Assembly: GCA_001787005.1 (NCBI GenBank)
Contig: MFUV01000010.1
Coordinates: forward strand, 9,955 to 73,954
Reading direction: 5' to 3'
From: Candidatus Nomurabacteria bacterium RIFCSPLOWO2_01_FULL_39_18
GTDB lineage: Bacteria > Patescibacteriota > Minisyncoccia > Phycocordibacterales > UBA9973
Length of the DNA: 64,000 nucleotides
The position numbers and the translations under genes were made by a program. Below are positions 1-8,603 of the stretch, in pieces. Every line of letters begins with the position of its first letter. Positions within the stretch are counted from its first letter, which is position 1. The notes beneath the pieces were generated by a model, which did no database searches, had not been told where the DNA came from, and saw only the letters and a list, made by a program, of their open reading frames with translations.

Positions 1-528
<528 letters not shown>

Positions 529-639
529 AAATTCAAAATAGCTTCTCTTGAAAAGCAATCTATCTAGCAAAGCTTTGCTAGCGAACTGCTCGGCGCGTCC
601 GCCTGCGCAAGGCTTTTCTCAAGAACTATTTTGAATTTT
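529..639. repeat. ~110-bp imperfect palindromic element in the atpD-atpC spacer
   Basis: Outer arms aaaattcaaaatagcttctcttgaaaagc / gcttttctcaagaactattttgaatttt are reverse complements with 3 mismatches; internal perfect 18-bp palindrome ctagcaaagctttgctag plus GC-rich core cgcctgcgca. Confidence 0.5.
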
Positions 640-647
640 AAAAATAT

Positions 648-1094
648 ATGTCTAAGCAATTAAAATTAAAAATAATCACTCCAGAAAGATTAGTTTTAGA
701 GGAAATGGTGGATCAAGTGAGCTTGCCCACGACCTTGGGCGAAATCACCGTTTTGCCTGACCATATTCCTCTCATTACGGGCTTGACCTCGGGGGATGTT
801 GTTGCTCTTGTAAATGGTGAACATGTGCCGATGGCAGTCGTAGGGGGGTTCATCGAAGTAAAATCGAACAAAAAAAATATCACAGAAGTCGCTATTCTTG
901 CTGATTTTGCCGAGCATGTGTCAGAACTAACGGAAGAAAAGATTGAACAAGCGAAAACTCGCGCGGAAGAATTAAAAAAACAAGCAGAAAACAAAGAAGT
1001 AGTGGACTTTGAACATTTTGAAGCCGAGCTAGAACGTTCTCTCACTCGAGTAAAAATCGCAGACAAGTGGCGAACTAAGAAATACAGGAAGTAA
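648..1094 (+). CDS. atpC: F0F1 ATP synthase epsilon subunit
   Basis: 148 aa, directly after atpD, N-terminal beta-sandwich sequence IITPERLVLEEMVDQVSLPT..GEITVLPDH typical of epsilon. Confidence 0.85.
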   Translation: MSKQLKLKIITPERLVLEEMVDQVSLPTTLGEITVLPDHIPLITGLTSGDVVALVNGEHVPMAVVGGFIEVKSNKKNITEVAILADFAEHVSELTEEKIEQAKTRAEELKKQAENKEVVDFEHFEAELERSLTRVKIADKWRTKKYRK

Positions 1095-1101
1095 TATCAC
1101 G

Positions 1102-1782
1102 ATGTCTAAATTTTATGTAGTTGCCACGCCGATAGGGAACATGGGAGATATCACACTCCGAGCAATTGAGACGCTGAAAAGTGTGGATTTGATTTTGTGT
1201 GAAGATACGCGAGAGACAAAAAAGATTCTAGAGAAATATAATATAAATAAGCCCACGATGAGCTACCACGCTCAAAGTAAACTTGCAAAAGTAGATAAAA
1301 TTTTTGCGCTTCTAAAAGAAGGGAAAGATTTGGCGCTTGTTTCTGACGCTGGCACGCCAGGTATTTCTGATCCAGGGGCACTGTTGATTTCAAGAATTAA
1401 AGAAGACACACATTTACGCGATAGCGTAAATGTGATTCCTGTACCAGGACCCACTGCTCTTGTAGCTGCGCTGTCAGCATCGGGTTTACCTACACACGAA
1501 TTTACTTTCCTTGGTTTTTTACCACACAAGAAAGGGCGAGAAACTTTATTTAAAGAAATTGCGCAAGCAAAAAGAACGATAGTATTTTATGAATCTCCGC
1601 ACCGAATTTTAAAAACTCTCGAATCATTAGTTAATTTTTGTCCAAACAAAAAAATCTGTATAGCCAGAGAGCTGACAAAAATTTATGAAGAATTCAAAAC
1701 CGGCTCACCGGAGGAAATTCTAGAATATTTAAATAGAAATAAAGAAAAACAAAGAGGGGAGTTTACGGTAATAGTTGCCTAA
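1102..1782 (+). CDS. rsmI: 16S rRNA (cytidine1402-2'-O)-methyltransferase, tetrapyrrole-methylase fold
   Basis: YVVATPIGNMGDITLRAIETLKSVDLILCEDTR motif typical of RsmI. Confidence 0.8.
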   Translation: MSKFYVVATPIGNMGDITLRAIETLKSVDLILCEDTRETKKILEKYNINKPTMSYHAQSKLAKVDKIFALLKEGKDLALVSDAGTPGISDPGALLISRIKEDTHLRDSVNVIPVPGPTALVAALSASGLPTHEFTFLGFLPHKKGRETLFKEIAQAKRTIVFYESPHRILKTLESLVNFCPNKKICIARELTKIYEEFKTGSPEEILEYLNRNKEKQRGEFTVIVA

Positions 1783-1787
1783 CTCAT

Positions 1788-1817
1788 TATTCTAGTCTTT
1801 TGCAAAACACTAGAATA
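1788..1817. promoter_or_regulatory. 30-bp palindrome tattctagtcttttgcaaaacactagaata between the convergent rsmI and lysA genes; member of the TTCTAGTGTTTTGCAAAA motif family
   Basis: Near-perfect inverted repeat with one mismatch, centred on TTTTGCAAAA; related copies at 39838 and 56897. Confidence 0.45.
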
Positions 1818-1855
1818 GCAAAATGCAAAGAGAAAACCCGTCCGGAGGCATAATA

Positions 1856-3010
1856 TCAAATTTTTATAATTTTATTTTGTATAATCATAAATTCTTCTGG
1901 TTTCGGACGAGAGTTATATTCTGAAGACATTACATAGCCATAAGCTCCGACATTTTTGATTGCTAAAATATCTCCAATTTTGGGTTTTGCAATCATTCTG
2001 TTTTTTGCGAAGACGTCTCCCGATTCGCAAATATTTCCTGCGATAGTGACTTTCTCTTTTTTGCTCCCAGCGTTGCTAGTATTTAATATTTCATGATATG
2101 AACCATACATCGCCGGGCGGATTAGATGATTCAATCCTGAATCCACACCCACGAAAGTTTTAGTTGGATTCTTTTTAATGTCAGTTACTTTCACAAGTAA
2201 ATATCCCGCCTCGGCAACTAAATATCTTCCGGGTTCAAAAGAGAACTTAATTTTTCTTCCGTACTTTTGTATAAAATTTAAAATTGTCTTTTTTATTTTA
2301 ATCCCAAGTATCTTTATATCCAGCCTTCTTTCTTTTGGTTTATAAGGTATGCCAAATCCTCCACCAAAATCCAGGTGTTTCAAATCAGGGAAAAGCAAGG
2401 CAGTTTTAAAGAGTGCATCTATTGCTCTTAGAAATATAGGAACACTTAAAATATTTGAGCCAATATGCTGATGGAGTCCCGTAATGCGAAGTTTATATTT
2501 TTCCGCCAATCTTTTGAGTTGTTTAATCTGGGATATATCAATCCCAAATTTACTATCGGGTCCTTCTGTAATAACATGCGAATGATACCCCGCACCAATA
2601 TTTAGATTTAGCCTTACTGAGATTTCTTTTCCAGGAAAGTTTTGACCGAAAATTTCTACTTGATGTAGAGAATCAAGGTGAACCCTAATTCCTTGTTTTA
2701 CAACAGATACAAGCTCTTTCTCATCAATACTTCCGCATGTAAATGTGATTTTTGAAATCGGTATTCCCGCCTTATGAGCTATCTTAATTTCTCCCGGACT
2801 GACTGTTTCTATCCCAAAACCTTCATTGTAGATAAGCTTTATAATTTCAGGATTCGTGTTTGCTTTGCATGCATAGTACAAATTTACCCCAGGCAAATTT
2901 TTCTTCAATTCTCTGCATTTTTCTTTTATTATTTTGCTGTCGTAGATGTATACAGGAGTTCCGAGTTTTATTCCTGTGGCTTTTAACAGTAACCGCCTTT
3001 TCTTTTCCAT
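1856..3010 (-). CDS. lysA: PLP-dependent fold-III decarboxylase, most likely diaminopimelate decarboxylase
   Basis: YYACKANTNPEI..GFGIETVSPGE and C-terminal ESGD, AYG motifs of Orn/DAP/Arg decarboxylase family. Confidence 0.7.
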   Translation of the reverse strand: MEKKRRLLLKATGIKLGTPVYIYDSKIIKEKCRELKKNLPGVNLYYACKANTNPEIIKLIYNEGFGIETVSPGEIKIAHKAGIPISKITFTCGSIDEKELVSVVKQGIRVHLDSLHQVEIFGQNFPGKEISVRLNLNIGAGYHSHVITEGPDSKFGIDISQIKQLKRLAEKYKLRITGLHQHIGSNILSVPIFLRAIDALFKTALLFPDLKHLDFGGGFGIPYKPKERRLDIKILGIKIKKTILNFIQKYGRKIKFSFEPGRYLVAEAGYLLVKVTDIKKNPTKTFVGVDSGLNHLIRPAMYGSYHEILNTSNAGSKKEKVTIAGNICESGDVFAKNRMIAKPKIGDILAIKNVGAYGYVMSSEYNSRPKPEEFMIIQNKIIKI

Positions 3011-3013
3011 ACT

Positions 3014-3400
3014 TTATATTTTTATCCTTGGTGGAACAAATTTATCTCTTATGAATGCTGGGATAGATTCGGCAAATAACGCTAAACTTCCCGCTAAGAT
3101 TGCAATGTCTCGCACAGTTACATCATTAATCCCGCTTACTACGAGAACCATGACCAGGTGGCCAGCAGCCAATATTGCCCCTAGCCAAACTAACACGTCG
3201 AACAGAAGTAGTGCACCGATTATTATATCGAGCCAGGCTGTTGCGACCATCATTTGCTCGACGGGCGCAGGCATTAGCTTCATCGCCCAGGGTGCGATGA
3301 ATCCTCCCCAGGCTCCCGGATTTTTTAATATCAAAATACCAATCCATAAAAATGTTATAGCCAACCCGACCCTTAAAACATGAAATGAAGTTCTATTCAT
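3014..3400 (-). CDS. DoxX-family membrane protein
   Basis: 128 aa, four hydrophobic segments, LRVGLAITFLWIGILIL..G pattern resembling DoxX. Confidence 0.5.
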   Translation of the reverse strand: MNRTSFHVLRVGLAITFLWIGILILKNPGAWGGFIAPWAMKLMPAPVEQMMVATAWLDIIIGALLLFDVLVWLGAILAAGHLVMVLVVSGINDVTVRDIAILAGSLALFAESIPAFIRDKFVPPRIKI

Positions 3401-3404
3401 AAAA

Positions 3405-3851
3405 TTAAATATTTTTACTTACTAATAATATCACCAACATAAGCCAAATAGTAGAGGCCGACATCAAACACCAGAAACACCAAGCTCGAATGACGCGCCA
3501 CTGAAGGTAAGTGAAGAAAAATGACACAAGCGACATGGCGATAATCATAATTATCAAGAAAACTTTCCAGAAACCCTGTGGTCCAACTTCAACAACCAAA
3601 AAAGCTGAAATTATAGAAAGAATAATATAAGCAAAGAGTCCAAGCAAGTCGTTAGGAATCAAAAAAATCTTGCTGTATCTGCTACTTAGAACAACGGCGC
3701 AATCTTTACCGATAGGGCACAGAGGTTGCTCCAAGGCAACTCTCTTCCTTATGAGATACATCGTCTCGCTGATGCCAATTGCTGAAAGTGTAAAAATTAA
3801 AGCAAGCGCTGTCATAGAGAGTATTGTATCAAAATAAAAAATTTGCGACAA
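3405..3851 (-). CDS. Vitamin K epoxide reductase (VKOR) family membrane protein, a DsbB analogue
   Basis: Loop cysteines CPIGKDC and CFWC (CxxC active site) in a polytopic membrane protein. Confidence 0.65.
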   Translation of the reverse strand: MSQIFYFDTILSMTALALIFTLSAIGISETMYLIRKRVALEQPLCPIGKDCAVVLSSRYSKIFLIPNDLLGLFAYIILSIISAFLVVEVGPQGFWKVFLIIMIIAMSLVSFFFTYLQWRVIRAWCFWCLMSASTIWLMLVILLVSKNI

Positions 3852-3868
3852 TTCATTCTTTATACAGA

Positions 3869-4195
3869 CTACAAACTTAATTTATGTTTCAAGCAAGTAA
3901 TAATAGACCAGTCGAACCCTCCTTTTTCGGCGAGGTATTTCATTTTGTCCAGCGCCCAGATGCAGTCGTCTAGGACTTCATTACAGGCCGTGTAGAGCAT
4001 TTTGGCTTCCTTGGCGAGCTTGTTGTAGGCGTATCTTCCCGTATAAAATTCTTTCGGCATTTTTTCCCAGCCATTCATTTTGTAGTAGCAGTTTACTATT
4101 TCATGTACCGGATTTACAGCCTGTTTATGCTTTTTCAGATTCGCAAGATATCCCTTAAATGGATTTTGTAAAGCATTTTCTTCGCTGTCTCGCAT
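3869..4195 (-). CDS. hypothetical protein (108 aa, 5 Cys)
   Basis: ORF only; no recognised motif. Confidence 0.35.
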   Translation of the reverse strand: MRDSEENALQNPFKGYLANLKKHKQAVNPVHEIVNCYYKMNGWEKMPKEFYTGRYAYNKLAKEAKMLYTACNEVLDDCIWALDKMKYLAEKGGFDWSIITCLKHKLSL

Positions 4196-4231
4196 GCTTT
4201 TATTTTAGCATAAATGTGATATATTTCTTTA

Positions 4232-5245
4232 ATGTCATTGTTTACGAGGAAATTGGGAATTGATCTGGGCACTGCCAATACTTTGGTGTTTTTACCAGGG
4301 AAAGGAGTAGTCTTAAATGAGCCTTCAGTGGTGGCAGTTTCTGAGCAAGACAACAAGATTGTAGCTATCGGCTTCGACGCTAAAGGCATGATAGGCAAGA
4401 CGCCAGAATCTATTATTACCTACTGTCCAATGAAAGATGGAGTGATTGCTGACTATCGCGTGACAGAGGCCATGCTTCGTTATTTTATAAATAAAGCCTT
4501 GGGAAAATTTAATATTTTTAAACCCGACGTGATGGTTTCGGTGCCGGCGGGAGTGACGAGTACAGAGAGGAGGGCAGTCGTAGAAGCAGCCATACGCGCG
4601 GGCGCGAAGAATGCCTACGTGGTGAAAGAGCCTATACTCGCCGCTATCGGCGCGGGGATTCCAATTTATGAATCGAAAGGCCATATGATCGTCGACATAG
4701 GCGGAGGTACGACAGATGTGGCGGTGATATCTCTGGGTGGAATCGTGGCTTCGACTTCAGTTAAATGCGCTGGAAATAAAATTGATCAAGCCATAGCGGA
4801 CTACATCAAGAAAACTTTTAATTTAGCGATAGGGGACCGAACAGCCGAAGAAGTAAAAATAAAAATCGGCGCAGCAGTAGCGCTCGAGGAAGAACTGCAT
4901 GTAACGATAAAGGGCAGGGATTACATTCAAGGACTACCGAGATCAGCACAAGTTTCAACCAACGAAATAGTGCGCGCAATCGATGGAGAATTAAAGCGAA
5001 TAATTAAGGCAATCAAAGAAGTGTTACAAGAAACTCCCCCAGAACTTGCTTCTGACATTATGGACTATGGCATTATTATGACCGGAGGCTCTTCGCTTCT
5101 GCGTAATTTCCCTGATTTGGTGTATAGGAAGACTGGAGTAAAAGCGAGCTTGGCGGAAGACCCTCTTTTTTGTGTAGTGAAGGGTACAGGTCTTGCGCTC
5201 GAACACCTGGATGTGTATAAAAAGACAGTTTTAAGTAAGAAGTAA
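4232..5245 (+). CDS. mreB: rod shape-determining actin homologue MreB
   Basis: LGIDLGTANTLVF..DIGGGTTDVAVISLGG actin-fold phosphate motifs. Confidence 0.9.
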   Translation: MSLFTRKLGIDLGTANTLVFLPGKGVVLNEPSVVAVSEQDNKIVAIGFDAKGMIGKTPESIITYCPMKDGVIADYRVTEAMLRYFINKALGKFNIFKPDVMVSVPAGVTSTERRAVVEAAIRAGAKNAYVVKEPILAAIGAGIPIYESKGHMIVDIGGGTTDVAVISLGGIVASTSVKCAGNKIDQAIADYIKKTFNLAIGDRTAEEVKIKIGAAVALEEELHVTIKGRDYIQGLPRSAQVSTNEIVRAIDGELKRIIKAIKEVLQETPPELASDIMDYGIIMTGGSSLLRNFPDLVYRKTGVKASLAEDPLFCVVKGTGLALEHLDVYKKTVLSKK

Positions 5246-5247
5246 TT

Positions 5248-5964
5248 ATGATTTTAAAGTATTTAGACAAAAACAATTTACACCACGCATATTTGATAGA
5301 AGGTTCTGGACTTGAGATTGTTCCGGAAATTTTAAAATTTATAAGAAGTTTGGGCATTGAGACAATCGGCAATGCGGATGTTTCTCACATAATGCTCGAC
5401 TCCTTTAAAATTGAAGATGCGCGCAATTTGAAATCTTACGCAGGAGAGAGAGGGACAACATCCGGTAAAAAAATATTTATAATTTCCACCAATAGCTTTT
5501 TATTAGAGGCGCAAAACAGCTTGCTCAAAATGTTCGAAGAGCCGATAGAGAACACGCATTTTTTCTTGGTTGTGCCGGATGTAAATGCCTTCCTCCCAAC
5601 CTTTATTTCAAGATTTTATTTAATTAAACCTGAAGCGGAATCCAGCCGTGAATTAGAAGAAGCGGAGAAATTTATCAGTATGCCATTGAAAGCTAGAATT
5701 GATTTCATTAAGGAATTATTGACTGAAGCGGAGGAACAAGACGAAGAAGGAAACGAAATTACTACTCTTGACTCTGCTCGATCTAGAGCCCTTAATTTTT
5801 TAAATGCTGTTGAATCTACCTTGCATAAAAAGACTATGTCAAAGACGGTCTTTGACATTGATTCTTTCGAGCAAATTTTTAAAGTTCGTGAATTTCTCCG
5901 CATGCCTGGAAGCTCTACAAAAACCCTTATGGAGTCGGTGGCATTGGCAATACCTGTGCTATAA
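5248..5964 (+). CDS. holB: DNA polymerase III delta-prime subunit-like AAA+ protein
   Basis: HAYLIEG..KKIFIIS..FEEP motif pattern of delta'. Confidence 0.6.
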   Translation: MILKYLDKNNLHHAYLIEGSGLEIVPEILKFIRSLGIETIGNADVSHIMLDSFKIEDARNLKSYAGERGTTSGKKIFIISTNSFLLEAQNSLLKMFEEPIENTHFFLVVPDVNAFLPTFISRFYLIKPEAESSRELEEAEKFISMPLKARIDFIKELLTEAEEQDEEGNEITTLDSARSRALNFLNAVESTLHKKTMSKTVFDIDSFEQIFKVREFLRMPGSSTKTLMESVALAIPVL

Positions 5965-5972
5965 TAGTGATT

Positions 5973-6062
5973 ATGCAATCCCGTACGAAATCTTATTAAA
6001 TTAGTTTCGTGTAAGGGATAAGTCAGTTTATAAATTTAATGAAATTTCGTACGGGATGCAAT
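5973..6062. promoter_or_regulatory. Inverted-repeat pair whose downstream arm overlaps the frr start codon
   Basis: Arms 5973-5991 (tgcaatcccgtacgaaat) and 6044-6062 (atttcgtacgggatgcaat) are complementary with a 1-nt bulge. Confidence 0.5.
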
Positions 6063-6607
6063 ACAACTTTTCAAATCTTAAAACGGAACTTAAAAAAGTG
6101 GAAGAATTCTTGGGTAAAGAATACAGCCAGCTTAATATTGGACGTGCCTCACCGATGGTTTTGGATGGGGTTTCGGTAGAGTCCTATGGCGCGCGGATGC
6201 CACTGAAGAATGTCGCTTCCATTTCTATCGAAGATCCGAAGACTCTGCGAATCGCACCTTGGGACAAGAACCAGATAAAAGATATTGAGAAGGCAGTTAA
6301 TGCTTGCAATTTAGGCTTATCTCTCGCAACCGATGATTTGGGCATAAGGGTTATTTTTCCTCAATTAACAACAGAGTCGAGACAAACCCTTATAAAAGTT
6401 CTAAAAGAAAAATTGGAAGAAGCAAGAATTACGGTTCGTCGAGAGAGAGAAATAGTTTGGAAGGACGTGGAGACAAAAGAAAAAGAGGGGAAACTAACAG
6501 AAGATGAAAAATTCCGCGCCAAAGATGAATTACAGAAAATTATTGATGAAGTGAATAAGAATTTAGAAACGAACTTTGAGAAAAAAGAGAGGGAAGTAAT
6601 AGGATGA
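6056..6607 (+). CDS. frr: ribosome recycling factor
   Basis: 183 aa; IGRASPMVLDGVSVESYGARMPL..TLRIAPWD hallmark sequence. Confidence 0.9.
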   Translation: MQYNFSNLKTELKKVEEFLGKEYSQLNIGRASPMVLDGVSVESYGARMPLKNVASISIEDPKTLRIAPWDKNQIKDIEKAVNACNLGLSLATDDLGIRVIFPQLTTESRQTLIKVLKEKLEEARITVRREREIVWKDVETKEKEGKLTEDEKFRAKDELQKIIDEVNKNLETNFEKKEREVIG

Positions 6608-7695
6608 ATATATTGATTTTTTTGATAATACTATTAGTGCTGGTTCTTGTCCACGAGTTTGGGCATTTTTTTACAGCAAAAAGATTTGGTATCAGAGTTG
6701 ATGAATTCGGATTCGGTTTCCCGCCAAAATTATTTGGGATAAAAAAAGGAGAAACAGAGTATACTTTCAACCTTCTACCTTTGGGTGGTTTTGTTAAAAT
6801 TTTTGGTGAGAACCCAAACGAAGAGAACACAAATGGACCAGATGCGGATAGAAGCTTTATCAATAAACCTAAATGGAAGCAAGCAGTAGTCCTCTTTGCC
6901 GGAGTGCTGATGAATTTTTTATTGGCATGGGTGTTGTTTTCTTTTGGATTTATGTCTGGACTTCCAACTTCAGTCGGAAGCGGAGTTGGGAATGGAGAAC
7001 TCACAGATGTGAACTTGGTGGTAGTCTCTGTTTCACCGAATTCTCCCGCAGAAACTTCCGGACTAAAATCTGGCGATAAAATAGTTTTTATCGGGAAGGG
7101 TGGTCTTTCTACAACCTTTATTAGCCCAGAAACAGTGCGGTCTTTCGTAGCAGGAGGCGGAGAAATAGAAATAGGATACTTGCGTGGAGGAAATAAAACA
7201 GAAAATTTTACTAAAATTTATCCAAAAAAAAATGGGGGCGAGGAATATGTCATCGGAATAGCCATGGATCAAATAGGCATAGCCAGATTACCTGTTTTTA
7301 CCGCACTTTGGGAAGGAATGAAGTTAACCCTGCTTTTAACCAAAAGCACTGCGGTGGGGCTCTATACGCTTGTTGTGGAAGGATTGAAGGGCCAAGGAAG
7401 CCTAGATAGTATTACCGGTCCGATAGGTATGGTGGGGATTGTAGGGGATGCTTATGAATTTGGTTTTGTTTACCTGTTGTCTTTCGCGGCGCTAATTTCT
7501 ATTAATTTATCAATCATAAATCTTGTTCCATTTCCAGCGCTTGATGGCGGACGACTTTTCTTTTTGCTGATTGAAAAAATAAAAGGTTCACGGATCAATC
7601 CAAAAGTCACCAACATGACCAACATGATTGGTTTCGGTATTTTAATACTCTTAATGCTTGTTGTGACTTATCATGATGTGGTGAAGTTGTTTTAA
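6604..7695 (+). CDS. rseP: RIP site-2 zinc metalloprotease with PDZ domain
   Basis: HEFGHFF zinc motif, PDZ segment, C-terminal LDGG motif, multiple TM segments. Confidence 0.85.
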   Translation: MNILIFLIILLVLVLVHEFGHFFTAKRFGIRVDEFGFGFPPKLFGIKKGETEYTFNLLPLGGFVKIFGENPNEENTNGPDADRSFINKPKWKQAVVLFAGVLMNFLLAWVLFSFGFMSGLPTSVGSGVGNGELTDVNLVVVSVSPNSPAETSGLKSGDKIVFIGKGGLSTTFISPETVRSFVAGGGEIEIGYLRGGNKTENFTKIYPKKNGGEEYVIGIAMDQIGIARLPVFTALWEGMKLTLLLTKSTAVGLYTLVVEGLKGQGSLDSITGPIGMVGIVGDAYEFGFVYLLSFAALISINLSIINLVPFPALDGGRLFFLLIEKIKGSRINPKVTNMTNMIGFGILILLMLVVTYHDVVKLF

Positions 7696-7698
7696 AGC

Positions 7699-7742
7699 AC
7701 ATAAGTCAGACATGTGGGAACTCCCACATGTCTGACTTATGT
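7699..7742. repeat. 44-bp near-perfect palindrome; ACATGTGG palindromic-element family
   Basis: 20-bp arms cataagtcagacatgtggga / tcccacatgtctgacttatg; related copy in-frame inside topA at 22052. Confidence 0.6.
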
Positions 7743-7753
7743 AGTATAAAAGT

Positions 7754-8506
7754 ATGAAAACGAAGTTAATTCACGAAATCAGGGCGGTCAAAACAAAAAA
7801 AGAACTCGCTAATATAATAAAAGCGCAGAGAATCAGCGAGAAGGTGCTCCAGGATACTTTAGTAAAATTAAAAACTGGGATGACAGAATTTGCGGCCGCA
7901 AAATTTATCACTAAAAGATTTATAAAATACGGCGCGTCGATTTTAGCCTTTCCGCCAATAGTCGCTTTCGGTAAAAATACTGCAAATATTCACCACCAAC
8001 CAGGTAAAACAAAATTAAAAAGAGGAAACGCAGTCATGTTTGATTTTGGATGTACGGTTCATCACTATTGTTCAGATATGACTCGCACTTATTTCTGGGG
8101 AAAGCCGAGCGCTAAGCAAAAGAAGGTTTATCTAGCAGTACTAGAGGCTCAAAATCGCGCGCTAAAAAAATTACAAAAAGGGGAGAAAAGGGCCAGGATA
8201 ATAGATAAAGTTGCGCGAGAATTTTTAACTAGAAAGTTTAAAAATAATCCTGCCCGGCCTTTGGACGGGTTCAAGCATGGACTTGGTCATGGTGTTGGCA
8301 CTGCCATTCACGAGTGGCCAAATTTTAAGCCTAAAAGCGAAGATATTTTGCCGGTAGGTTGTGTGATGACTGTGGAGCCTGGGCTATATTTTAAAGGTTT
8401 CGGCGGAGTTCGTATTGAAGACATGGTTTTAATCACCAAGAGTGGCTGTAAAAATTTGACGAATACCCCTAAAAACTTAAAAAACGTAATATTACAGTCT
8501 AGATAA
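7754..8506 (+). CDS. map: M24-family metallopeptidase, probably methionine aminopeptidase
   Basis: 250 aa; DFGCTVHHYCSDMTRT, HGLGHGVGTAIHEWP, TVEPG and RIEDMV metal-ligand motifs in MetAP spacing. Confidence 0.6.
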   Translation: MKTKLIHEIRAVKTKKELANIIKAQRISEKVLQDTLVKLKTGMTEFAAAKFITKRFIKYGASILAFPPIVAFGKNTANIHHQPGKTKLKRGNAVMFDFGCTVHHYCSDMTRTYFWGKPSAKQKKVYLAVLEAQNRALKKLQKGEKRARIIDKVAREFLTRKFKNNPARPLDGFKHGLGHGVGTAIHEWPNFKPKSEDILPVGCVMTVEPGLYFKGFGGVRIEDMVLITKSGCKNLTNTPKNLKNVILQSR

Positions 8507-8603
8507 ATTTTTGCAAAAAATTTAGAGTTATCCACAGTTTTTTTGACTTTGTGATTTTTATCCTTTAGAATAAAGGGTAGGTTAAGAATAATTTTTTGCA
8601 AAA

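Noticed and set aside
696-1066. Antisense ORFs inside atpC and many similar short opposite-strand ORFs in the track (e.g. 1151-1393, 2774-3054, 9047-9322, 17289-17756, 23396-24001, 26447-26968, 26990-27799)
   Set aside because: Fully embedded in well-supported genes on the other strand, low-complexity translations, no motifs; treated as spurious
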